From Octopus bimaculoides (Eukaryota), in NCBI RefSeq assembly GCF_001194135.2, contig NC_068982.1:68267300-68331299 (forward strand): DNA of 64,000 nt. The letters run 5' to 3'. Below, piece after piece: positions 38,907 to 51,636 of the stretch. Numbering within the stretch: the stretch's first letter is position 1; each line of letters starts with the position of its first letter. The position numbers and the translations under genes are program-made. The notes under the pieces are model-generated. The model did no database searches, was not told the DNA's origin, and saw only the letters and a program-made list of their open reading frames with translations.

Positions 38907-38910
<4 letters not shown>
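38030..38910 (-). mobile_element. maT/DD37D-like Tc1-mariner transposase remnant
   Basis: RHVVHKDIRYKSCVMRREQ, PDVLWFVSDE, NRRNDR, EVPTVVHTKF, SNEGHVMLPHFF; 3-prime part missing. Confidence 0.8.
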
Positions 38911-38958
<48 letters not shown>

Positions 38959-39235
38959 CATGTCACTGGAGCAAGACGCATAAATTTCAATTCATTTGTT
39001 TTTACATCCATTTTCCATGCTACCATGAGTTAAATAGAAATATTATGGAGACATTGCTTTTTCAGCCAGATGCATTTCTTGTTGCTAGTCATTTTCTGTT
39101 TTCAAGTATAGGATTTCTTATTTCATATGACTTTGAACATGCATAGCCAATGAACAGTTTGTTGACAAGGAAATGACATCATCACTGCCAATAGCTCAGC
39201 AATTTGTGAAGTTCAAATATAAACAAACTCACTGT

Positions 39236-39285
<50 letters not shown>

Positions 39286-39539
39286 TGCAAACACACATAC
39301 AGTGGGCTTCCTTGTACTAAATTTTCTTGTAAGGCTTCAGTTGGCTCGGGGCTGTAGAAGACACTTACCCAAGGTGCCAGATTGTAAGACTGAACCTAAA
39401 GCTGGTTGGTTTGGAAATGAATTTCTTAACAACACAGCCATATATGCACCTTTATGCAAATGTTTAAATTTACAAAAATATCCCACACCAGCTGAAATAA
39501 ACTGTATAGAAAACAGTTAATGTGATAAAAAAATTTTCT

Positions 39540-41050
39540 TTCAAGAAACCTCTTCTTCTTCATTCACCATATCTCACTTCATCCCTCTGTGAAGTCTTTG
39601 TCCTCAGTGATTTCAGTGCTCACAACTCCTCATGACTTTCACCTTCATCTCATACCAATGCTGCTGAGGTGGAAGCCAAATCTTTTACTAATCTTAACTC
39701 TTTACACCAACTTCTTTCATCCCCTACTCACATCCTAGCACACAGACCCTAAACACTCATGATGTCTTTCTTACCTCAAAACCTAGCTACTGTACCTCTC
39801 AGCTCATATGACCTCTGCCTCATCACAAATACCCAATCACACACTACATGGTGCCCTCTTCCCAAACAAACCCTTTGGCTTCCCAACTCAGGCAACTGGC
39901 TGGAGATTCACAGGTTTTATGCCAATCATCTATGACAGCACAAGTGCTTCATTCTTGATCCATCGAAAGCATTTAAGTAGGTAACTCATGAGGCATGTCT
40001 CACCTCTAAGCCTCTCCATCTTTTAGGCATGTCCCTCCAAATCCTATACACAGCAAAACTCAATGTTCCAAGTCCCCCCCCCCCCAATTTGTTTGCTTGT
40101 GCTGTGCTACAGCTGATCAGACAAAAAGTAAGTCCTACAATGCTTGGTATTGTGGGGCTTCTTTTCTCTCAGCACTTTCTCCTGCAAAACTGGGTAATGT
40201 TCACCCAGCAATGCTACCCTTAAATGATCACTTCCTGGTCTGCAAAAGATGCCTTTGTGCATCCCATGGAACACATGCTTTCCCACTTCCCAACTGCTGC
40301 CAGCCCATCTGATCCTTTGACAACAGAATCTTCATCAACTTTGTGATCCTTTTTTTCCCCTTTTCTTCTCAACAATAATTGCTCTGGGCCATCATTACTG
40401 AGAAAACCTCCACTTCTGCTGCTTACTTTGCATCCAACTCCACACACTTTATCAATTTCCCTCCATATTTAGTCCCTTCCACTTCATTACACTCATCTCA
40501 GATACACTAATGCCAAGTGCAAAAATATTCTCAGTTGCTTCAAACTTACAAAACCATCAACAATGTCTTTTCCATTAAACTCAAATGCTGTATCCCTGAA
40601 CTTGTTCCTTTATTCATCAGACTCATTTTAACCTGTCACTAACTATGGGAATATACCCTGACATTTAGAAACATACTGTGGTCTGTCTCATTCCCAAGAA
40701 AGGTAACCCCTCTGACCCAGCCATCTATCATCCAAATTCATTCACTTCTAACATCTCTAAAATAATGGAAACAGCTATCAACACTAACATTCTCCAATAT
40801 CTTTAATTTCTCTCTTTCTCTTTCATGCACCACACAGTAATGAGGGTTGTTATCAAGCATTCTTTTTGCATATCCTTGAAACTCTGTCTCCCTCCAGTGA
40901 CCCAAAATATGGTTTCCATAGAACCAAATCAACAACCTTGTTATATCTCTTACTAGTGTTAACTCATTCTTTAGAATTTCAGAAAAAAAAAAACACTGTT
41001 GTTGCACTTGGCTCTGTAAATTCTTCAATCGTGCTTGGTTGGAGAACTTC
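39540..41050 (+). mobile_element. CR1-like LINE ORF2 remnant (APE endonuclease end to start of RT)
   Basis: Manual fragments VFVLSDFSAHN, VCLIPKKGNPSDPAIYHP, SNISKIMETAINTNILQYL, DPKYGFHRTKSTT, VVALG; many frameshifts. Confidence 0.8.
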
Positions 41051-41688
41051 CCTAGTTGTTCACTTATCTCTGTCCATTTCTCATTTCTTGGATAGAAAGT
41101 TTCTCCTCAAACTACATCACATCTCACATTATATCAAGGCTTGTTTATGTTGTCATCATCACTGTCACCATTCATCTGTTTTCCATGCTGGTATGGGTTG
41201 GAGGATTTAACTGCAGCTGGTGTGCCAGAGGACTGTGCCAAGTTCCGCCATCTGCTTTGGCATGGTTTCTACAGTTGGATGCTCTTTGTAATACCGACTA
41301 CTTTACAGAGTGTAACAGGTACTTTTTACATGGCACCAACATCAGTAAAATCACCAATAAAATCAGCAATAAAAATAGAAGTTAAAGATGTAATGTATGT
41401 CAGGTGTTGTCATGTCTGGTTTACATATAAGACCTGAGAAAAAGCTATTGCTACTGAGGATGGTTATGATGAGACAGAAACAGAGTTCATGATTTACTGA
41501 CAGACAGACTGAGAGAGAGAGAAGATGGTGATGAAAATATATCAAGAAGATGGTGGTCATCTTTAATAATCTATGCAGATTAACTTATCTTTCACTCCTC
41601 TTTAACTGTTTGCATGTGGGTATCATGTACATGCAAGATAAACAGACGTCATACTATACATACAGTAAATCCATGAACAGAGTATATA

Positions 41689-42220
41689 CAGGGTTATTCA
41701 AAAACAATGAACTGATTTCATTGTGCAATATTTTAATTGGGAAAAGCAATAGAAAACTCCAGCTAAGTCACAAGTATTTACTCATAATCAACTTTTATTT
41801 CCTGTCTTACAAGTGTTCAGTTTCCCCACCACCTGCAGCACAGGCAACATCAATGCTATAAGAGAATTCCTCCCAAAAGCATATCAGCATATCACGATCC
41901 ACTGAGTTGATCACTATTGTTATTCAATGTTTAAGGTTACCGAGGTTAGTGGGTAGCGGTGGAACATAAACACAATCTTTTACATACTCCCACAAGAAAA
42001 AAAATCACACGGTGAGGTCTGGAGATCTCTCAGACCAAGCAGGTATGCATCTGGGAGGAATTCTTTTATTACATTGATGGTGGCCACATTGAACACTTGT
42101 AAGACAGAAAATAAAAGTTGATTGTAAGTAAATACTTGTGATTTAGCTGGAGATTTCTATTGCTTTTCCGTATTAAAATATTGCGTAATGAAATCAGTTC
42201 ATTCTTTTTGAATAACCCTG
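41689..42220. mobile_element. Tc1/mariner-type MITE (532 bp) with ~140-bp TIRs
   Basis: TA|CAGGGTTATTCAAAAA ... TTTTTGAATAACCCTG; internal minus-strand RSPDLT-CDFF-LWEYVKD...EHL* transposase C-terminus. Confidence 0.88.
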
Positions 42221-42280
42221 TGTGATAGATCACTGACCACGACATTTAAGTTTTTTTTCTCCTTGTTTTTCTCCTTATTT

Positions 42281-42315
42281 CTTTCTGTTGAAGAGCGTAG
42301 CTCGAAACGTTAAAG
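42281..42315 (+). ncRNA. Minimal hammerhead variant in a Penelope-type terminal repeat (element about 42240-42410)
   Basis: CUUU-CUGUUGA-A-GAGC-gua-GCUC-GAAAC-GUU-AAAG; palindromic AACGUU helix III; A6U change. Confidence 0.65.
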
Positions 42316-42406
42316 ACTTTCTCTATTCCCGAGCGTTAAACTAATACATCCTTTTGTTGTTTACACCACCTGTCTTCGTCTGTTGTTGTTTTTTTCGTAA
42401 ATTCTC

Positions 42407-42452
<46 letters not shown>

Positions 42453-42629
42453 TCACACACGTACTGTGAAGTCCCAGTTAACTCTTGATCTTCACAATAA
42501 ATTTTGCTCTACTCTTAGTTATAGTCACACTATCATTAACAGTTCCATTGTTGTTCTTAAACATGCTATAAAATTATAAACTTATTTTAACATTTAACAT
42601 ATATAATGCATATATTCACNNNNNNNNNN

Positions 42630-42674
<45 letters not shown>

Positions 42675-42928
42675 TTCAGACAACCAGAGAAAGCATAAGA
42701 TTTTAGCTTTAATCTTATCTCACTGAGAACTTTCCAACCTTTCTATTGCTGGTAGCATGAGAAAATGTGACACCTACTCAGAATACACTATATTGTTTTG
42801 AATTTAACATGTATTATCTTGTAGCCTTGATTGCTACATATAATCATTATTATCGTTTAACGTTTAACATCCATGCATGCATGCATGGGCAGGACTAATG
42901 ATATGTAGAGTATAATATAGATTGCTAC

Positions 42929-43454
42929 ATATAATATGTAACAATCTATCCCCTGTAGTTCTCCCCTACAGATTTGAAGTTTGTTGTAGAGACATGAAGA
43001 AATATACTGTTATGTGTTTATTATTTATCCTATGTTGATAATCAATTACTTGACCTTTCCTGATTACAAGTATCTGTTAATGATTAACCATGCTTGTTGA
43101 CTTTAAGGAAATAGAAAAGGGAATTGAAATTTTCATGCTCTTCATAAATTGTTTATCTGAATAAACTATATAACAGCACCTGGGAATTGAACCTGCATCA
43201 TGAGCTTAGCCAGGATTCAACCAAGGTTATTCTTAATTATTAACTCTTTAGCATTTAAACTGGCCATATCTAGTCAAAATATTCTGTCTGTTTTATGTTC
43301 AAACTGGCCAGATCCAGTTTCTCACACCTACCCTACAATGTCAGTCAAAATATAAACAATTCCAACATTTAAGTCTCAAGGCTACAAGATAATGCAGGAT
43401 AAATTCAAAACAATATGAATAGATAAACATTACATTTGACAGAGGAATCTGAAT
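42929..43454 (+). repeat. Local duplication, copy 1 (includes a truncated piggyBac-type MITE 43244-43454)
   Basis: Collinear with 45500-46019. Confidence 0.85.
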
Positions 43455-44779
43455 TCTGTGAAGTGACCAGGTTGCAACTGATCAAAGCTTGGTAACATTA
43501 AAATGCTAATATTTTTCTATGTCCATGTCTCCAATTATTTAAGACAATTAGTTTTGGTCTCTTCTTACTAATTAGTATTTAATGTCAGGAGCCTTGGTCA
43601 ATCTTGATAAAGCATATCTATGCAAAAAGTTGCAAGCCATGACCAACTCATTTTTTATTCAAACATAGTGTAACAATTTAATAGAGTGGTGTGAAGTATT
43701 AAAACATTTAATTTGGAAGATTTAATTAAGAAAGATTTAGGCAACAAGAAATATGTTTCTTGACTAATATGAGCAGTATCATTCCTTTCTAATATTCTGT
43801 GAACACATTTCTGGCCTTGGGGAAATATTAGTTTGGCAACAGGAGGGGTGGAGATAGTGACAGGAAGACCATCTGGTCATAAAAGATTTGGCTCAGTAAA
43901 ATCCAGTTGATTCATAAAAGTATGGACATTAAAATGACAATGATGATCATGATAGCTGAGAATGGATGGATCTGGAAAACAAGTCTGTCCCAAATGTATT
44001 CTCTACTTCATTGGTTCTGCTTTCAAATCTATTCTGTCAACTAGTTTCAGTGTAGCCTCTTCATGCGCCTTGCCTTTCGTGCACTATTGCTCTCCCAAAT
44101 TTAATGAGCCAGCTGTTCATAAAATTTTTCAATTCCAGTTTGCTTGGTTTTTCTTTTATAAATTATGTCTACTTCACAAAAATATAAACTTCATGCAAAT
44201 GAGTTTTTTTTTTGTTCTCACATTTGCAATAGAATTTGACTGACTGCTGCAGTAAACCGCTTTCTTTTTGCAATCATCAACTAATGTCATAAAATGTCTT
44301 TAAATTCTCTCCACTACCACACTTTTAAAACTTTAAGCTCTACCTAGTTGTCAACATGCCTTACTTAAAACCTTTTTTTCTTTCAATTTAAACTTAGCAA
44401 ATCATATTTAATTTACTTCAATAATTGTATTTTTATGGGACATTTTATTTTTTAAAAAAACCCATTTCATTTTAATGTTCTTTACCAGAGAAGAATGTCT
44501 GAACACAACAAAGCTTGTTGAGAGAGGAGCAGAGGGTGCTTTGCCAAAGATGATGTTTTATAATTTTTATTTTATAAATCCATGAAGGTTATGACTAGAA
44601 GATGCCACATGTTGCTAAATAATAGGTCTTAATGAAACCAACTGAGTTTGATTGACAAGAGTAACACAGTTTGTTGAACTGGAATAGAATCAGTAGATAT
44701 GAGGAGGACCTGTTGAACAACAAAATATTACCTAAGATATTATATATTATCATAATTTAACCTCCACAATGCAAACTCT

Positions 44780-45155
44780 TTCACTTGTTTCAGTCATTTG
44801 ATTGTGGCCATGCTAGAGCACCACCTTTTAGTCAAGCAAATTGACCCCAGAACTTATTCTTTGTAAGCCGAGTGCTTATTTTATCGGTCTCTTTTGCCAA
44901 ACCACTAAGTTACAGGGATGTAAATGCACCAGCATCAGTTGTCAAGTGATGTTAGGGGGACAAACATACACACACACACATACATATTTATATACAACAG
45001 GCATCTTTCAGTTTCTGTCTACCAAATCCACTCACAAGGCTTTGGTTGGCCCAAGTAGAAGACACTTGTTCAAGGTGCTACGCAGTGAGACTGAACCCGG
45101 AACTATGTGGTTGTTAAACAAGCTACTTACCACACAGCCACTCCTGCGCCTATAT
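44780..45155 (-). mobile_element. SINE-A, full length
   Basis: Reverse-complement match to 2071-2465. Confidence 0.9.
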
Positions 45156-45499
45156 CTGCGCATGAATATCTTTTAACAATAAATTTTTGTATGCTTGGAC
45201 TTTTCCATATTGTAAACATATTCTAAATTTTGATGCCTTTTCTGTTGTTAGTTACTCAACTGTGACTTGCATGACCAAACTCTGTAGGCATATTGTTTAA
45301 ATTTAATAATACATAATGTTTATATTTAATAATAGGTAATGTTTAGATTTGATAATACAGCATTAAACTTAAAGTCACACTATCTTTGAGTGATACAAAC
45401 AGTGTAACATCAGACTGTTATATTATTCATAGTTCCATCTCTACATTTCGAGTTAAAATTCCATTAAAGACAACTTTACTTTACATCTCTGTGAGGTCA

Positions 45500-46019
45500 A
45501 TATAATATGTAGCAATCTATTCCCTGTATCTCTCCCCTACAGACATGAAGTTTGTTGTAGGGATGTGGAGAAATATACTGTTAAATGTCTCTTTATCCTT
45601 TATTGATAATCAATTACTTGACCTTTCCTGATTAGAAGTATCTGTTAGTGATTGACCAGCCTTGTCAAGTTTAATGAAGTAGGAAAGCAAATTGAGATTT
45701 TCATGCTTTTCACAAATTCATTATCTGAGTAAATTATGTAACTGCACTTGGGATTTGAACCTGAATCATGAACTTATCCAGGATTCCAACCAAGGTTATT
45801 CTCAATTATTAACCCTTTAGCATTTAAACTGACCATATCTGGCCAAAATATTTTGCTTGTTTTATGTTCAAACTGGCCAGATCCAGTTTCTCACACCTAC
45901 ACTATAATGTCAGTCCAAAAATAAACAATCCCAACATTTAAATCTCAAGGCTGCAAGATAATGAAGGATAAATTCAAAACATTATGGATAAACGTTACAT
46001 TTGACAGAGGAATCTGAAT
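45500..46019 (+). repeat. Local duplication, copy 2
   Basis: Collinear with 42929-43454. Confidence 0.85.
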
Positions 46020-46028
46020 GCTAAAGGG
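45813..46028. mobile_element. piggyBac-type MITE (216 bp)
   Basis: TTAA|CCCTTTAGCA ... TGCTAAAGGG|TTAA: perfect TIR and TTAA target duplication. Confidence 0.88.
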
Positions 46029-46209
46029 TTAAAATGGATCCACTATTAGCTGTCTAATTTTTTTTAAATATATTTTTTGTTGTTTATGCTAGAAATAAGA
46101 CATAATTTTTTTTGAAAAAATATATTTTTTCCTTTGTCTATGAGATACGGATATGTTTTACAGAATTTTAAAATAGATAATAATTTTAATTGCATGAAGT
46201 GATAAAACC

Positions 46210-46620
46210 TATGGCTGTGTAGTTAAGAAGCTCGCTTTGCTGCCACGTGCTTTTTAAGGTTCAGTTCTACTGCAGGGCATCTTGGGTAAGTGTCTTCTAT
46301 TGTAGCCCTGGGTCAACCAATGCCTTATGAGTGAATTTGCTGAGTGGAAACTGTGTAGAAGCCTGTTTTATATTTGTGTGTTTGTCTTTTTGCATGTGTG
46401 GGTGTATGTGTGTTTATCTTTATGTTAGTTCCTCACTACCACTTGTCGGTTTATTTATGTCCCTGTAACTTAGCAGTTCAGTAAAAGCAATTGATAGAAT
46501 AAGAACTGGACTTAAAAATTAGTACTGGGGTCAATTCGTTCGACTGATAAAACCCTCCAGGGCAGTGCTCCAGTATGGTCACAGTCCAATGACTGAAACA
46601 AGTGAGAGATATTAAAATAA
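46210..46620 (+). mobile_element. SINE-A, diverged
   Basis: Head and tail similarity. Confidence 0.8.
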
Positions 46621-48784
46621 GTATACTGAAGAAAGCTTGCCACTCATGAACTCCTATACAAAAATTTCTTGAATCTGAAGCCGCAAACAAATTCCTCAAC
46701 TATTCAGCCATACATGCACATGTTCCTGTGTGTGTATACATGTGATTTAAATGTGCCTTTTTATGCAAAAATCTATCTGGAGGGTCTTTTTTTTAAAAAA
46801 AGTACAGATATTTACATAAACTGTAGCTGCCCATATTCATTTATCTAATGTCAACTGCTCCAACATAAAGTATGAACAGTTGTCAATTTCTTTCTTACTC
46901 AGATTGGATGTAATAATCACTTTATGCCAGAGCAATGACACAATACACACACTGCAGTTGGATGGATTTACACTTATGTTCAGTGATTGTGATTAAGTAG
47001 GGGTTGGGTTAGGGTTGGGTTGTTAGTAAGTAGTTCAGCAGCATTTGAATTATATTCCATTCCTGGCTAATCTCTTATGCTGAACTAGTATTTACATAAA
47101 TATACTTTTAAAAAGTAGTTTATTAAGTAGTTAAAATTATCAAAATATAGTATTTTAACTTCTACCATGGTCATCTAGGGCTATTAATTAGCACATATTT
47201 TAAATTGGAAATTGAACCTTTATAACATATATTCCTGATCTCTCACCTTATCATTTAATCTACTTGTGATAAATAAGATTTCATCTTTTACTCCACAGAA
47301 GATATTTTTTCACACCACTTCTGCTAATGCCGTTAGTTTTCTCAATATGTATCTTAACCCTATATAGCTTATAAAAATTGGAAATTTTCATAAGTTTTTA
47401 CCTTATTTAATGCTTGATTTTAAAAGAATCATTATTATTCATTACATTATTCCAGGGCTTACAGCAATAGTGTCTTGTTTTTTAAATTTTTAACTTAAAT
47501 AAATCTAATCCTTATGCCCCAAATTAATCTAATCCTTATTCAATTAATATTCTTTAATTAGCCCATGTTAATCTTAAAACAAACTCATGACTAATGAAAC
47601 TTTTAATCAATCATCATGTTCCTGTATTGGATGGCCTTGTTAATTCCTAATATCATTTTTCTTTTTCTGTCCCTCAAACTTTAGTAAACCCATTATTATA
47701 TAAATCCTATACTAATTTTTTCTTCACATTATAAAAATATAGCTTACATTTATGTGTCTTCAAAATAGTATTATTATATATATCAGCTAAAATTTAAAAA
47801 NNNNNNNNNNNNNNNNNNNNNNNNNNNNNNNNNNNNNNNNNNNNNNNNNNNNNNNNNNNNNNNNNNNNNNNNNNNNNNNNNNNNNNNNNNNNNNNNNNNN
47901 NNNNNNNNNNNNNNNNNNNNNNNNNNNNNNNNNNNNNNNNNNNNNNNNNNNNNNNNNNNNNNNNNNNNNNNNNNNNNNNNNNNNNNNNNNNNNNNNNNNN
48001 NNNNNNNNNNNNNNNNNNNNNNNNNNNNNNNNNNNNNNNNNNNNNNNNNNNNNNNNNNNNNNNNNNNNNNNNNNNNNNNNNNNNNNNNNNNNNNNNNNNN
48101 NNNNNNNNNNNNNNNNNNNNNNNNNNNNNNNNNNNNNNNNNNNNNNNNNNNNNNNNNNNNNNNNNNNNNNNNNNNNNNNNNNNNNNNNNNNNNNNNNNNN
48201 NNNNNNNNNNNNNNNNNNNNNNNNNNNNNNNNNNNNNNNNNNNNNNNNNNNNNNNNNNNNNNNNNNNNNNNNNNNNNNNNNNNNNNNNNNNNNNNNNNNN
48301 NNNNNNNNNNNNNNNNNNNNNNNNNNNNNNNNNNNNNNNNNNNNNNNNNNNNNNNNNNNNNNNNNNNNNNNNNNNNNNNNNNNNNNNNNNNNNNNNNNNN
48401 NNNNNNNNNNNNNNNNNNNNNNNNNNNNNNNNNNNNNNNNNNNNNNNNNNNNNNNNNNNNNNNNNNNNNNNNNNNNNNNNNNNNNNNNNNNNNNNNNNNN
48501 NNNNNNNNNNNNNNNNNNNNNNNNNNNNNNNNNNNNNNNNNNNNNNNNNNNNNNNNNNNNNNNNNNNNNNNNNNNNNNNNNNNNNNNNNNNNNNNNNNNN
48601 NNNNNNNNNNNNNNNNNNNNNNNNNNNNNNNNNNNNNNNNNNNNNNNNNNNNNNNNNNNNNNNNNNNNNNNNNNNNNNNNNNNNNNNNNNNNNNNNNNNN
48701 NNNNNNNNNNNNNNNNNNNNNNNNNNNNNNNNNNNNNNNNNNNNNNNNNNNNNNNNNNNNNNNNNNNNNNNNNNNNNNNNNNNN

Positions 48785-49020
48785 GGCACATAAAAGACAC
48801 CATTTCGAGCGTGGCCGTTTTCGTGCGGGTGACACGTAAAAGCACCCTCTACACTCTCTGAGTGGTTGGCGTTAGGAAGGGCATCCAGCTGTAGAAACTC
48901 TGCCAAATTAGATTGGAGCCTGGTGTTGCCATCCGGTTTCACCAGTCCTCAGTCAAATCGTCCAACCCATGCTAGCATGGAAGGCGGACGTTAAACGATG
49001 ATGATGATGATGATGATGAT
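48785..49020 (+). mobile_element. SINE-B, little diverged, 5-prime part in gap
   Basis: Ends GCGGACGTTAAACGATGATGATG. Confidence 0.9.
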
Positions 49021-50066
49021 TTCAATGTTAAATCTCTTAACGAGGACATTTCATTTTATTGTTAACATACCTCTTATTGTTAAAATATTGTTTAAACTAA
49101 TATTGATGTCTATAAAACAATACTGATGCTCTATTCAGACTAAAGAAAAAGCCCTGTTTGACCTATATACCTAGGGTTTAATTCCTCAACATTTTGATAG
49201 TAGTAAAAAAAAACCAACGTATAAGAGTGTTACCACTCTGACCAGAGAAACTTTTATAACCATATCCCTTATAGCCATGTCCGTGCATAATGCTTACACC
49301 TTCCCTTTCCTTAGAAGTGATTGTCCCTTATACTATTACTACTAGATAAGAGACAATAAAATCAGAGACAGTTAGAATTTTTGCCTAGAACCAATTACTA
49401 GCCTGATAGACTTGGCTATGTCAAGATGGATTTTTATGTATTCTTCCTCCCACTTGGATTTGAAATGTTGCCACAATTATAATATGTCTATTCTACTGTA
49501 ATTTTCTGCATTTTCGTGCAGCTGAAGATTGCTCTACATATTGCATTTAATGTAATGCTCACATTACTTAAATAAATGGAGTAGCATNNNNNNNNNNNNN
49601 NNNNNNNNNNNNNNNNNNNNNNNNNNNNNNNNNNNNNNNNNNNNNNNNNNNNNNNNNNNNNNNNNNNNNNNNNNNNNNNNNNNNNNNNNNNNNNNNNNNN
49701 NNNNNNNNNNNNNNNNNNNNNNNNNNNNNNNNNNNNNNNNNNNNNNNNNNNNNNNNNNNNNNNNNNNNNNNNNNNNNNNNNNNNNNNNNNNNNNNNNNNN
49801 NNNNNNNNNNNNNNNNNNNNNNNNNNNNNNNNNNNNNNNNNNNNNNNNNAAAGATACAGGTAATACCGAGTAAGTGCTGTATACCGACTAGTTTTGCCCC
49901 TGTCATGGTTGCAACATGAGTGGGGAATATAACATGGGTCGTGTATTAGCGTGTGTATGTATAAAGAAAGAAAAGGATAAAGAGATAAATGGCAAAGTTA
50001 GAATTATATTTTATGGATTAATTGTAACTTTGCCATTGTTCTCTTTATCCTTTTCTTTCTTTATAC

Positions 50067-50120
<54 letters not shown>

Positions 50121-50606
50121 TATAATGATAATAAAAATGAAAAATCCAAGATTGTCACATCCCTAACTCTCTGCAACATCCTCCAATGTATTCGGTCCCA
50201 CCTTGTTAAATCCTATTACACAGCTAATTATTTAATTTTCTTTGTTGTGAACTTTCTTTTACACTATGCGACACCTTTCATTTTTGTCCTTCTCATCAAT
50301 TTTGTTCTATTGATATTTAGAGGATGGTTTTGTGTGAAACTTATTTATTATGTTATTGTTGTTTACTTTCTCTGTTTTTCGCTTAAGTTGATTGTTCTGG
50401 CCTTTCCTCACTTCTTTATTTGCTTTTGGATTTTTCACCTTTTTTTATATTTTTATTGTTTTTTCTTTTTTTATTTTTTTGTAACAGCTTGGAAAAACAT
50501 TTTTATTTGACTCATTTATTATATGGGTTTATTATTATTATTACTATCATCAACATCATTATCATTACTATTACTACTACTGTTTTGCGTTGTCTGAGTT
50601 ACTGGC

Positions 50607-50774
50607 ATGGTAACCAAGGCCTTGTTATTTATAATTTTTGTCAGTACACTCATTCTCATCGGATCGATTGCTAAGGAAACCAAAACTCCTACTTCTTCTG
50701 CTGGTGGAGGTTTATTGTCAGGTTCCATAAAATCTCTAGCCAAAGTGGAATGCCCAAGTCAATGTATCAGATAG
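50607..50774 (+). CDS. Candidate small secreted peptide, or first coding exon of a secreted protein (55 aa)
   Basis: MVTKALLFIIFVSTLILIGSIAKETKTPTSSAGGGLLSGSIKSLAKVECPSQCIR*; GGCATGG start context; hydrophobic N-terminus; strong acceptor (poly-T...GTAACAG) at 50487 upstream. Confidence 0.4.
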   Translation: MVTKALLFIIFVSTLILIGSIAKETKTPTSSAGGGLLSGSIKSLAKVECPSQCIR

Positions 50775-51304
50775 TTTTTCATCAATGGCTGACTAGTTTT
50801 ACAATAATAGTTTGCAATAACTGAACTAACTGAAGGTGTTAGTTACTCAAACACAGGGATCATTTTATCTTTTTCCTATCATAATGTCCATTTTTATCTC
50901 ATTGTGTTCTATATGATTTATGAGAATGACTGAGAATAGTGTAGAATTTGTTTTAAAACAAGAAGAAAAAATAAACGTCAGAGTTGTCTTTCAGCCTAGA
51001 ACAGTGACTTGCAGATTGTAGAACTGCACATAATCTCTAGTTCAGGGTTTTAGAGTGAGGAATAACATGTTATTGATGATGAGCTTCAGATTAGATATTA
51101 TAAATGAATACCAGTCCATCTGTCTGTCTATCTATCTATCTGTCTGTCTTTCTATTTATTTATTTATTTGTTTATTTATTTATTCATGTTAATATTTTGC
51201 TTATGCATTGTGATGCTAATAACCTGGTGTTAGAATTCAATCTACATATGCTTCAGTACAAAGTGTGAGCTAAGTACAGAGCTGTAATAAGTGACTGAAA
51301 TAAC

Positions 51305-51410
51305 AAAGGAATAAATACTTACATTATGAATTTCATTAGCTTACAGTTGTTTCTACTATAAGATGCAACTGTAAGCTAATGAAGTTCATAATGTAAGTAT
51401 TTATTCCTTT
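51305..51410. repeat. 45-bp near-perfect inverted repeat with 16-nt spacer
   Basis: Arms 51305-51349 and 51366-51410, one mismatch. Confidence 0.9.
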
Positions 51411-51572
51411 CTATAGGTGGATGCCTTTCCTGTCATCAACCCTTGCCTTTTAAAAAGCAATGTAATATTTCCCAATGGCCAGATATGTTTTCAGCAGAAG
51501 AGTAACAATGAAGAACACCACTCTTTTGATGGTGATACTAATTTATAGGCATCATGTGATGTCAAAACAAGG

Positions 51573-51636
<64 letters not shown>

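Noticed and set aside
43962-44243. 93-aa ORF in unique-looking sequence
   Set aside because: No recognisable motif or splice signals in any frame on either strand.
46998-47021. Telomere-like TTAGGG/TTGGG run
   Set aside because: Only about four imperfect units; not significant.
47783-48942. Longest ORFs in the track (also 2522-3038, 7752-8427, 24582-25587, 49568-49906)
   Set aside because: They are runs of N translated as X.
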